A stretch of DNA of 64,000 bases, taken from Candidatus Parcubacteria bacterium (GTDB lineage Bacteria; Patescibacteriota; Patescibacteriia; UBA1558; GWA2-36-10). The notes under the pieces are model-generated. The model made no database searches and was not told the DNA's origin. It saw only the letters and a program-made list of their open reading frames with translations. The stretch spans positions 51,127 to 115,126 of the forward strand of contig JABHSK010000009.1 of NCBI GenBank assembly GCA_018669975.1. Reading direction: 5' to 3'. The position numbers and the translations under genes are program-made. Position 1 is the first letter of the stretch. The number at the start of each line of letters is the position of its first letter. This document shows, piece by piece, positions 39,427 through 47,846 of this stretch.

Positions 39427-40050
39427 TTATTTTTTAAATTTAACCAAACAACCTAGCGACATAAAAAAAGGAAAGCTGAAAGGCAGTCCTCTTTTTTTTA
39501 ATACTTGCAAATCAACCTCTCTGGACATTCGTCTTGGTGTAAAAAAATTTATATGATCAACAACACGGATAGGTCGACGCCCTAAAAGAAATCTAGATAT
39601 TGTCCATAAAACTTCATTGGGAAATGTAACTACCAGCAAGCCCCCTGGTTTTAATACTCTTTTAAATTCCGCTAATACTGCCTGATATTCGTCAACATGC
39701 TCTAAGGTCTCGGTACAGGTGATGAAGTCAAAAAAATTATCCTCAAAATCAAGCTTACTCAAGTCTGCTTTAATAAAATGCGTGTCCGGGCATCTTCTGG
39801 TAGCCATATCCAAAGCTTCCTGTGTTAAATCAATACCATAATATCTATTACTTTTATTTCTATTGTATAGTTTCTCCAATAAATGCCCCTCCCCACAACC
39901 AGCGTCCAAAACCTTCATCCCATCTTGGCTAGGCATGGTTTTAACAATATTGTCTAGTCTATTTAGATGCACGTATCTAACAAAAAAATTATCAGCACTA
40001 TATAATTTCTCCATATGATTTTCAGGCATATATAAAGGTGTCTTCTGCAT
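39427..40050 (-). CDS. class I SAM-dependent methyltransferase
   Basis: VLDAGCGEGHLLEKL motif I, LKPGGLLVVTFPN. Confidence 0.7.
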   Translation of the reverse strand: MQKTPLYMPENHMEKLYSADNFFVRYVHLNRLDNIVKTMPSQDGMKVLDAGCGEGHLLEKLYNRNKSNRYYGIDLTQEALDMATRRCPDTHFIKADLSKLDFEDNFFDFITCTETLEHVDEYQAVLAEFKRVLKPGGLLVVTFPNEVLWTISRFLLGRRPIRVVDHINFFTPRRMSREVDLQVLKKRGLPFSFPFFMSLGCLVKFKK

Positions 40051-40150
40051 ATTCAGATAAATAGTAAATTAAAACAATAAACTAATGATAGCCTAAATAC
40101 CACCTTCTTTCAAGCTTTATTATTGTTCGTTTTTTTGATAAAATAAGACT

Positions 40151-41755
40151 ATGCCAAGAAAAAAACGTACCACTTTATTAAACAAAATAACTGCTCTCAA
40201 ATTAGACTATGTGTTGCTTTTTGTTTTAATGTCACTATACTATGGACGATTACAGTGGAATAATTTCATCGGTGATCCAGATGGCTTTTACCATGCTAAA
40301 ATAACCACCTTTCTAGGCCAGGGCACTTTACTTAAAAGCTTACCCTGGATGCAGTTTACCACCCTAAAAGAACACTATACTGATCATCATCTACTATATC
40401 ATTTGTTACTTTTGCCTTTTACCTATATAACCGACAATGCTCTATTGGCTGTAAAGATAGCTACAGTTTTGTTTGCTGTAATAATGATTTTAGTCTTTTA
40501 TTGGCTACTCAAACAATTCAAGATTGTTTGGCCATTTGTCTTTGCTTTGTTATTTATAAGCCTGGAGGCGGTCAGCTTTAGATTGGCGCTAGTTAAGGCT
40601 AATTCTTTATCATTATTAGTCATTTGGTTATTGATATATGCCATGTTCCGTCAAAAAACATGGCTAATGGCTTTGCTGGGTTTTGTTTTTGTATGGCTTT
40701 ATGGTGGTTGGGCACTATCCATTATTATTTTCTTTATTTATTTCTTTAGTGAAAAAATATATGAACGCCTTAATACAAATAAATTAAAATTATTTTGGTC
40801 CAAAGTAGTCCATACTTTTAATTTTAAAAAGGGAAGCGCTAAAAACCATCGTATATTTCTAGGATTAATTCTGGGACTATTAGCTGGACTAGTTATTAAT
40901 CCCTATTGGCCACATAATTTATATTTTTATTATCAACAAATAATACAAATTGGCGTTATCAACCTTGGTGGTCAACTACAAGTAGGCGGTGAATGGTATG
41001 GCACATCTTTTATGCATATTATTTCTTCCTTGCCGCATATTTTTGTTCTAGCTAGTCTTTTGATTTTAATGTTATTTATAAACTACCAAAAAATTAGTAA
41101 AAAAACTTGGTTTAGTTTTTTGTTAAGTTTTGTCTTCTTGTTATTGACTGTAAAATCACGTCGTTATATAGAATACTTCTCTCCTTTCTTACTATTATTC
41201 ACGGCCTGTGCTTTCACTGATGTTAAATCTATGGTTAATTGGAAAAAAATAAAAAAATTCTGGAGTAATAATCCAACTTATTTAAAGGTGTACTTAGGTT
41301 TGGCCGGCACACTGTTTACCATATTGATACTACCGGTTATTTTCACTAAAACCTGGGATGTGGCTATCCCACAGAATTGGACCCTAGAAAAATTTCGCCC
41401 TGGCTTACTCTGGCTAAAACAAAACACACCAGCGGACACACTAATTTTCCATGGAGATTGGGATGAATGGCCAATACTCTTTTATCATAATGATCACAAC
41501 CGCTACATAGTTGGCTTAGACCCTACTTTTATGTACAACTTTGATGCTAATCTACAGCAAGAGCACACTGATATCACTGCTGGAAAAATAAAAGGGATAG
41601 TTTCAGAAAAAATAAAAAAAGACTTTGGTGCTGACTATGTTTTTATAGAAAAAAAAGAACATGCCGCGTTTGGAAACAACTTAGACATGGACTCCTTTGC
41701 TACGCTTGTTTATGAAGACGAAGAAGTGGCTATTTATCACTTGATAAGTCCCTAA
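40151..41755 (+). CDS. large polytopic membrane protein, unknown function
   Basis: 534 aa, about 12 TM helices, C-terminal soluble domain. Confidence 0.35.
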   Translation: MPRKKRTTLLNKITALKLDYVLLFVLMSLYYGRLQWNNFIGDPDGFYHAKITTFLGQGTLLKSLPWMQFTTLKEHYTDHHLLYHLLLLPFTYITDNALLAVKIATVLFAVIMILVFYWLLKQFKIVWPFVFALLFISLEAVSFRLALVKANSLSLLVIWLLIYAMFRQKTWLMALLGFVFVWLYGGWALSIIIFFIYFFSEKIYERLNTNKLKLFWSKVVHTFNFKKGSAKNHRIFLGLILGLLAGLVINPYWPHNLYFYYQQIIQIGVINLGGQLQVGGEWYGTSFMHIISSLPHIFVLASLLILMLFINYQKISKKTWFSFLLSFVFLLLTVKSRRYIEYFSPFLLLFTACAFTDVKSMVNWKKIKKFWSNNPTYLKVYLGLAGTLFTILILPVIFTKTWDVAIPQNWTLEKFRPGLLWLKQNTPADTLIFHGDWDEWPILFYHNDHNRYIVGLDPTFMYNFDANLQQEHTDITAGKIKGIVSEKIKKDFGADYVFIEKKEHAAFGNNLDMDSFATLVYEDEEVAIYHLISP

Positions 41756-43631
41756 GCTCTGTTTCTTCAGTCAATTCTAATTTAGGTACAACGTCCTTGA
41801 TTAGGCTAATTGCATTAATTCCCTGATAAGAAAAAATTTGATAAGAGTTTATATCTGAACTGAGATAGTAATAAAAATGTACTAACTCATTCTCTGGCCA
41901 ATCTTTTTCTGAAAATACACCATAGTCTAGGGGCATATCAAAATCATAATTTCGCCCATAAAAACGCACCAGATAACTATTGTCCTCGGTGTGATTTTTT
42001 TGTAAAGTAAGCTCCAGTACCCCATCAGTAAAATTTGCCCCTATTAAAAAATCATCTTCCGCAAACCCTATTGGTTTCTCGTCGGTGCGATATAATTCTA
42101 TATTATCCTGAGTGGCATGTTGCTTGTTTTGCCAAAGTAATAAATTATTCCAAGCCTTAATTAAAGAATAATCGTTTAATACCTGTTGCCAATTATTTGG
42201 AATATCATCTCTCTTGTATTCTAAAAAAGAAGCTATATTTTTTTCTACAATAGTGGCTAAAAATTGAGAATTGTCCACCAGTATATAATCTACTGGCGGT
42301 AACTCAAACTCAAAACCACAAAACTGCCCACAACCAAAGTATGAGCCAGCCAAAGTGTAAACCTCTTGTCTGGTGCTAGCTGGCGCAATAAAGGTTGACT
42401 CCGCCACCAAGCTAGCCTCTGGTGGTATCTGAGCAAAAAATTCTTGCTTAGCTTGAACTAATTCCCTTGGATACTTTTTAAATAATATATCTTTAGCTGG
42501 CGATAAAAAGATTGAAAAATAAACTATTGTGACTACAAAAATTAATGTAACAAAACCAAAATTTTTATAAATATGTTTACTGCCCGAAAATCTTTCCTGT
42601 AGAAGAACCCTTTTAAAAGCAAAAATTAGGGCTATAAAAATCCCCGGCATAAATAATAGAGTATAGTGCGTACTATAAGCCATGAAATTAAAACCGCTAC
42701 CACTTAAAAGAATCTGTAAAAAAGGTAAAAAGGCCAAAGAGAGGTATCTAGATTTCAAAAATGGCAGAAATAAGACTGGCAACATAATTACTGCAATGCT
42801 GAGAAAATTATTTATATTTATTAAATGCCAAATAAACTGTATTGGATGAGTTAACCAACTAATAATGATACCTAAAATACTTTCTCCCCCCAGCCAACCA
42901 TAATAAGCAAAAAACTTATAGCTACCCGCTATAGAAAAATAACTAATAATCTTAAGTGCAGATAAAAAATAAACAACTGGTAATAACAAACTAAACAGTT
43001 TCCATTTTAAACTACGTTTATGCAGTATTGCCAACCAAGTGAATGCTAACAGTATTAAGCTAATATCTTCTCTGACAAGTAGTGCTAAAATAAAAAATAA
43101 CACAAATAATTTAAAACTTCTCTGCTGATAAAAATAAAATACCCAGAAAATAAAAAATACAGCTATCGGCAACAGGTGAAATTCAAAGACATTGGCGCTG
43201 TGCACAAAAGGATTAAGTAGCCACATTAAAGCAACAATCAATGACACTACTTTGTTTTTAACGATATTTCTACTAATTAAATATATAGGCCAAGCGCTCA
43301 ATCCCAAAATAACGCTCTGTAATATTAGTAATGTTTCTGGCGTCTGCCAAAACCAATAAAAAGGCAGTAATAAAAAAATGATTGGTGTAAAATGGTCAGC
43401 TAAATAAATGTTGAAATTAACCGTTCCGGCGAACCAATCACCGTGCAGGGTATTAAAAAAGACTTGATTAAAGATTGCTAAATCATAGGCGTTGTAGCTA
43501 AAATTATAGTACTTCTTAAGGCTTAAAAAGGCCATTAGGAGCACGTATAGCACTGTGGCAATACCCAACACCAAAGCACTGTGTTTATTAGCAAAATTGC
43601 TTATTTTTGAGCTAAAATGTGACATATCCAT
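41730..43631 (-). CDS. large polytopic membrane protein, DUF2079-like (putative GT-C-fold glycosyltransferase)
   Basis: 633 aa; N-terminal YDLAIFNQ ... LADHFTPIIFLLLPFYWFW resembles DUF2079 conserved block; C-terminal extracytoplasmic domain. Confidence 0.4.
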   Translation of the reverse strand: MDMSHFSSKISNFANKHSALVLGIATVLYVLLMAFLSLKKYYNFSYNAYDLAIFNQVFFNTLHGDWFAGTVNFNIYLADHFTPIIFLLLPFYWFWQTPETLLILQSVILGLSAWPIYLISRNIVKNKVVSLIVALMWLLNPFVHSANVFEFHLLPIAVFFIFWVFYFYQQRSFKLFVLFFILALLVREDISLILLAFTWLAILHKRSLKWKLFSLLLPVVYFLSALKIISYFSIAGSYKFFAYYGWLGGESILGIIISWLTHPIQFIWHLININNFLSIAVIMLPVLFLPFLKSRYLSLAFLPFLQILLSGSGFNFMAYSTHYTLLFMPGIFIALIFAFKRVLLQERFSGSKHIYKNFGFVTLIFVVTIVYFSIFLSPAKDILFKKYPRELVQAKQEFFAQIPPEASLVAESTFIAPASTRQEVYTLAGSYFGCGQFCGFEFELPPVDYILVDNSQFLATIVEKNIASFLEYKRDDIPNNWQQVLNDYSLIKAWNNLLLWQNKQHATQDNIELYRTDEKPIGFAEDDFLIGANFTDGVLELTLQKNHTEDNSYLVRFYGRNYDFDMPLDYGVFSEKDWPENELVHFYYYLSSDINSYQIFSYQGINAISLIKDVVPKLELTEETELRDLSSDK

Positions 43632-43669
43632 ATTATATCACATTAAAAATGCCGGGGGTATGCTAAATA

Positions 43670-43698
43670 TTGACAAAATAGATGAAATATGATATAAT
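43670..43698 (+). promoter_or_regulatory. perfect sigma70 consensus promoter (TTGACA, 17 nt spacer, TATAAT)
   Basis: TTGACA at 43670-43675, TATAAT at 43693-43698; drives the GC-rich lipoprotein gene. Confidence 0.6.
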
Positions 43699-43780
43699 TA
43701 TAAGATTCTTAATGTGGCCTTTGTATAAGGTCCGACTGTTCATTTCTTCGCTAGGAAACTCTAAATAGGAGGTCGTCATC

Positions 43781-44503
43781 ATGAAGACGTCACAATTGTT
43801 AATCTCGTTACTCTTGGTAGCAGTTATGAGCGCTATCCTGAGTGGCTGTGGTGCCACAAAACAATGGTATGGTTCATCACCTAATGGAACCTACGATCAT
43901 CGAGGCCCGCGCCTCGATACCAACAACTCACCCAAGGTCGAAAATATCATCGACAACCAAAGCAAAGAAATGCTTTTTGTCGACATCGAAGGACATGACC
44001 TGAGTTTCAGTGAGCATTTGGTTCAGGTCAACCCTGGTACCAAGCTGACTCGCAAGGGTCGTAGCTATCGTCGCCTCAAGGTGACTGTTCGCTGGATGGG
44101 CACTGGCTTCCGCAACACCATCGGTCACACCGAAGAGGAGATGAAATTCCTGATGCCCGGCCTATACTCCGGTGACCCTATTGTCATCACCGATGCCATG
44201 CTTCGAGGTCAGATGCCTATGCGTGGCATCATCATCTGCCAGGGTGACCCCACCCTATATCAAGATGATCGAGGTCATCGCTTCAAGATGAACAACGGTG
44301 ACAAAATTGAAGTCAACATGTCTTCTGGTCCAATTGAGTTCAAATTCAGATCACTGCGAGATCCCTCTCGCTTTGGCAGCAGGACTTATCCTGATTGCAT
44401 TGATCTCGAAACTGAACAATATGAAGTCGTTGGACCCGATGGCAAAAAGAAGCGTTATGACTTCACTGTCATTGTCGATGAATCCTGGCGTCATCGCTGG
44501 TAG
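43781..44503 (+). CDS. lipoprotein of unknown function, compositionally foreign (GC about 50%)
   Basis: AGGAGG SD; signal peptide plus lipobox ILSGCG; codon usage rich in CGC/CGT/CTG/GGC/ATC unlike neighbours; no family recognised. Confidence 0.6.
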   Translation: MKTSQLLISLLLVAVMSAILSGCGATKQWYGSSPNGTYDHRGPRLDTNNSPKVENIIDNQSKEMLFVDIEGHDLSFSEHLVQVNPGTKLTRKGRSYRRLKVTVRWMGTGFRNTIGHTEEEMKFLMPGLYSGDPIVITDAMLRGQMPMRGIIICQGDPTLYQDDRGHRFKMNNGDKIEVNMSSGPIEFKFRSLRDPSRFGSRTYPDCIDLETEQYEVVGPDGKKKRYDFTVIVDESWRHRW

Positions 44504-44525
44504 TCAAAAACTACCGAAATACAAA

Positions 44526-44559
44526 GCGCCGCAGCTCGAAAGCTGCGGCGCGTTTTTTT
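44526..44559. terminator. strong GC-rich intrinsic terminator (11-bp stem, T8), shared with the convergent pilin-like operon
   Basis: gcgccgcagctcgaaagctgcggcgcgttttttt. Confidence 0.7.
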
Positions 44560-44572
44560 AATAAAAATATAT

Positions 44573-44956
44573 TTATGGATTAAGCGGAGTATTACCAGTT
44601 GAAGCTTTTAGTAGGCTATCAAAAACAAATCTAACAATAGCATACGAAGTAACAACTATAACTAAACCTATGGTTGCATTCTTAATTGATTCCTTGGCTT
44701 CTTTTATTCTATCTGCATTACCTTGAGAAGTCATCCATTTGAAACCACCTAAAATAATCAAAACAACAAAGAGTGTCCCTAAGACAGCGAGCAAACCTCT
44801 AACGATAGATGCAATTACATCTGTAATTGGTCTTTCAATTAATCCCGTTTGACCAGCTATTTGATCTAGTCCTCCAGCAGACTCTAAAGGACCCGCTGAA
44901 GCAACCAACGGAGCTAAAGCAAACAATAAAATAAACTTGTATTTTAAATTTTTCAT
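44573..44956 (-). CDS. small secreted two-helix protein, paralog 1 of 4 (pilin-like, VirB2/TrbC-type architecture)
   Basis: Signal peptide, hydrophobic helix, conserved GGFKWMTSQGNADRIKEAK core, second hydrophobic helix. Confidence 0.45.
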   Translation of the reverse strand: MKNLKYKFILLFALAPLVASAGPLESAGGLDQIAGQTGLIERPITDVIASIVRGLLAVLGTLFVVLIILGGFKWMTSQGNADRIKEAKESIKNATIGLVIVVTSYAIVRFVFDSLLKASTGNTPLNP

Positions 44957-45043
44957 TATATTTAGAAAGTAAAGCCTAGTGGAGGCTAAGCTCTAGTAGG
45001 TCATAATTCAATGACCTACTATAGTCTAGACTACATAGGTCTA

Positions 45044-45388
45044 TTAGATAGTTTCGTTTTGTAAAGATGTTAGTACGAAACGTGATATTGCGTAAGCAGT
45101 CAAGATGATGACCAAACCAACTATACCTGCTCCAATAAGCTTTTTAGCTTCATCAACTTTATCAGTGTTGCCTTGAGAAGTCATCCATTTGAAACCACCC
45201 ATAAGGATGATCAAAGTAGCTAAAATTCCCAAGAAACCCAAGACGATGTTTACAACAGAAGATGCAGTGTCACCTAGTTCTTTAGTACCCAGGTTTGAAT
45301 TCTTCATTGAATTAACACCGTATACGTCAAGCTGAGCTGATGCTGCCATCGGCATGAAAAGTAATGCGCTAGTGATAAGTTTGTTCAT
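45044..45388 (-). CDS. small secreted two-helix protein, paralog 2 of 4 (pilin-like); has its own promoter and strong SD
   Basis: GGFKWMTSQGNTDKVDEAK core; GGGGGTG SD 7 nt upstream. Confidence 0.45.
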   Translation of the reverse strand: MNKLITSALLFMPMAASAQLDVYGVNSMKNSNLGTKELGDTASSVVNIVLGFLGILATLIILMGGFKWMTSQGNTDKVDEAKKLIGAGIVGLVIILTAYAISRFVLTSLQNETI

Positions 45389-45427
45389 TGTTTCACCCCC
45401 TTTCTAAAAAATAAAAGTATTGTTTAA

Positions 45428-45456
45428 ATTATAAAACAAAATTGACTTTTTTACAA
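45428..45456 (-). promoter_or_regulatory. sigma70-like promoter on the minus strand (TTGTAA, 17 nt spacer, TATAAT) internal to the paralog array, driving paralog 2
   Basis: Reverse complement reads ttgtaaaaaagtcaattttgttttataat; -35 at 45451-45456, -10 at 45428-45433. Confidence 0.5.
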
Positions 45457-45460
45457 TAGA

Positions 45461-45793
45461 TTAGCTAGTGCCAGCCAAAGTACTGAAAAAGTATCTTATT
45501 ATAGCATAGCTCATGAAAATAGCCACTAGTCCGAAAATAGCCCAAACTATAGTGTCTTTTCCTCTTTTTACTTTGTCAGTATTACCAGCTGAGGTCATCC
45601 AAGTGACGCCTCCCCAAACCAACATTAGTAAAGCCACAGCACCAACTATGCCTAATATACCTTTGACAGCAAAACCTATAACCGTAGGTATATCTTCCGC
45701 TGGCAATGGATTGGGCAACTCGGCCGCCTTAACCAACAAAGGCGCAAAGAATAATAATGTAGCCAAAAATGTTTTATGTTTGTTTTTAATCAT
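45461..45793 (-). CDS. small secreted two-helix protein, paralog 3 of 4 (pilin-like)
   Basis: GGVTWMTSAGNTDKVKRGK core; 25-nt gap to paralog 4. Confidence 0.45.
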   Translation of the reverse strand: MIKNKHKTFLATLLFFAPLLVKAAELPNPLPAEDIPTVIGFAVKGILGIVGAVALLMLVWGGVTWMTSAGNTDKVKRGKDTIVWAIFGLVAIFMSYAIIRYFFSTLAGTS

Positions 45794-45818
45794 ATCTATA
45801 TATTAATTTAATATTACC

Positions 45819-46472
45819 TTAAAGTGACGCAGCATTTAATGTGCAAAGATTAGTGTTGCTTCCTGGACACAAGCCAGCTTCAGTTACAGGACCTACTGGA
45901 ATAGCGCCCATTTCACTAAAATCAAAACAAGACCAATTTCCTGAATCATCCAAAAGATTCTTTAATTGACATTTTGTTACGCAGGTTTCGTTGTGGCTAG
46001 ACTTATCACCACTAAAGGTGTCCGTGCCAGTACAAACATAGTTTGTTTCTGTTTCATTACAACGACTATCTTTTGCTTTCTCAGTACAAGAAGCTGCTAT
46101 TTTATATCTTGAATTTGTAACACCCAAAATATCATTAACAAAAAATGATGTTAATAAATAACTACTAAAAGCTATAAACAAAGCAATGAGGGTATTAATC
46201 ATAATCTGCTGACCACGCTTTACTCTGTCAGCATTACCACCAGAAACCAACCATTGAATACCTCCCCAAATAAAATATAGTAGCGCTATTGCTCCCATGC
46301 CACCGAGCAACATTTGAATTAAATAGGTAAAACCTAAAGTGATATCTTCTAGGCTACAATTTCCATCTTTAATACAGGTCTCTGGAAGTTTATCTAAAAA
46401 TCCTTGAGCAAAGCCAACATTTGGCGCCAAGATGACAATTAATAAAATTGAAAAAAATAAAATTTTATTCAT
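45819..46472 (-). CDS. paralog 4 of 4: pilin-like N-terminal module fused to a 110-aa Cys-rich C-terminal domain
   Basis: GGIQWLVSGGNADRVKRGQ core; C-terminal region with 12 Cys (CTEKAKDSRCNETETNYVCTG...CVTKCQ...CFDF...CPGSNTNLC). Confidence 0.45.
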   Translation of the reverse strand: MNKILFFSILLIVILAPNVGFAQGFLDKLPETCIKDGNCSLEDITLGFTYLIQMLLGGMGAIALLYFIWGGIQWLVSGGNADRVKRGQQIMINTLIALFIAFSSYLLTSFFVNDILGVTNSRYKIAASCTEKAKDSRCNETETNYVCTGTDTFSGDKSSHNETCVTKCQLKNLLDDSGNWSCFDFSEMGAIPVGPVTEAGLCPGSNTNLCTLNAASL

Positions 46473-47838
46473 TTGTTTTTGTGTATGTTTTATTAATACG
46501 TTCTACAAATAGTTTGAGCGGTGTGCCCGCTAAATCAAAGGTATATTCTCCAGATACAAGCCCATCTATAATTTCAGCTGTATATTGTTCGGCTAAATCT
46601 ATATTATAACCCTCATACCAGTTATCAGCTGTTAAAACCTGAGAGGCAAAAACCTTTAAATCGGTGTCTTCCATCTGCTCTGCTATCAGAGATCTTAACG
46701 CAGTTGGTTTTTTATTAGCATTTAAATAAACCCTGACAATTTCCTTACCAGAAGCATTCTGAATAAAATCCCAGGCTGAAGGAGCATTGATAGATTTCTT
46801 AGCTACTACTGTTATCCAATAATCTGTATAATATTTTGTCCCTTCGGCTCCTCTAGTTTGAGGAAAGTTAGTAATACCCCAATCAAATACCACACCCCTA
46901 TCTCTTAGCTCATCCGCGTGGTAACTATAGCCGAAAAAATAGGCCAGCCTACCATTGGCAAACATCTCAAAAGCATTTGGCAAATCATCGCTCCAGCTAT
47001 AACTCAGCCTACCAGGTCTAGCAAAATCAGTATAAAAATTAAGCACTTGTGTCAGCCTATCTCTTGATCCGCCATCTTTAATTGGACTAAACCATTCTCC
47101 TTTCATGTTAACATCGCTCTGCAATAATAAACTAGATAAAATATCAAAAAAACGAGGTATGTTATCAGTTCCGCCTAGGGAAACAGCTGAGTACAGCACC
47201 CTATTATCCTCTGTAACCCTGGTTATCTTTGGTACCTGCTCAATTAAATCATGAAAATCTCTCATTGGCTCTGGAATACTAGATTTGTCCAATAGGCTAG
47301 AATTATAAAAAGTCACTAGGGTTTCCAGAGAAAATGGTAAACCGTATATTTTATCATCCAATACTACATCATCATATACTACTGGCACATACCTTGTTTT
47401 AACATCCTGGGGAGATAGACTTTTAAAAGATTTGAGCGTCAGTGTTCGCTCTGGCTTAATAGAGCCCTTCATTTCCCAAATTGGCACGTTAATACTTGGT
47501 GGTATTGGCACTAAACGATGCTGATATTCTTTAAGCCAGGTAACTGGAATAGCGAAAAGGTCTGGACCACGATCATCTGCCCAGGCTTCTAATAATTTTT
47601 GCTCGTACTCCTCGTACCTAAAATTACGATAAGTTATCTTAATTGTTGGATGCTTAGCTTGATATGTATTGATTAAGGGTGCTACTTGAGCAGCTGTATC
47701 CCAAACACCCCAGTATTCTAAATATACTGGTCTATATTCTACTCCTTTTTTACAAGTCATTCCCTGACAACCAAATCCAGCAGAAACAACAAAAACTGCT
47801 AATATTAGAAGTGTGAAAAGTTTTAAATGTCTTTTCAT
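46465..47838 (-). CDS. extracellular solute-binding lipoprotein (ABC-transporter family 1 SBP-like)
   Basis: Signal peptide with Cys (AGFGCQG), 457 aa periplasmic-binding-protein-like; overlaps the paralog 4 start by 8 nt. Confidence 0.55.
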   Translation of the reverse strand: MKRHLKLFTLLILAVFVVSAGFGCQGMTCKKGVEYRPVYLEYWGVWDTAAQVAPLINTYQAKHPTIKITYRNFRYEEYEQKLLEAWADDRGPDLFAIPVTWLKEYQHRLVPIPPSINVPIWEMKGSIKPERTLTLKSFKSLSPQDVKTRYVPVVYDDVVLDDKIYGLPFSLETLVTFYNSSLLDKSSIPEPMRDFHDLIEQVPKITRVTEDNRVLYSAVSLGGTDNIPRFFDILSSLLLQSDVNMKGEWFSPIKDGGSRDRLTQVLNFYTDFARPGRLSYSWSDDLPNAFEMFANGRLAYFFGYSYHADELRDRGVVFDWGITNFPQTRGAEGTKYYTDYWITVVAKKSINAPSAWDFIQNASGKEIVRVYLNANKKPTALRSLIAEQMEDTDLKVFASQVLTADNWYEGYNIDLAEQYTAEIIDGLVSGEYTFDLAGTPLKLFVERINKTYTKTNE

Positions 47839-47846
47839 ATTTTAAA

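Noticed and set aside
43632-44572. Possibility that the GC-rich island is a mobile element or prophage remnant
   Set aside because: No integrase, transposase, tRNA attachment site or flanking direct or inverted repeats are visible. I report it as a compositional island only and do not call it a mobile element.
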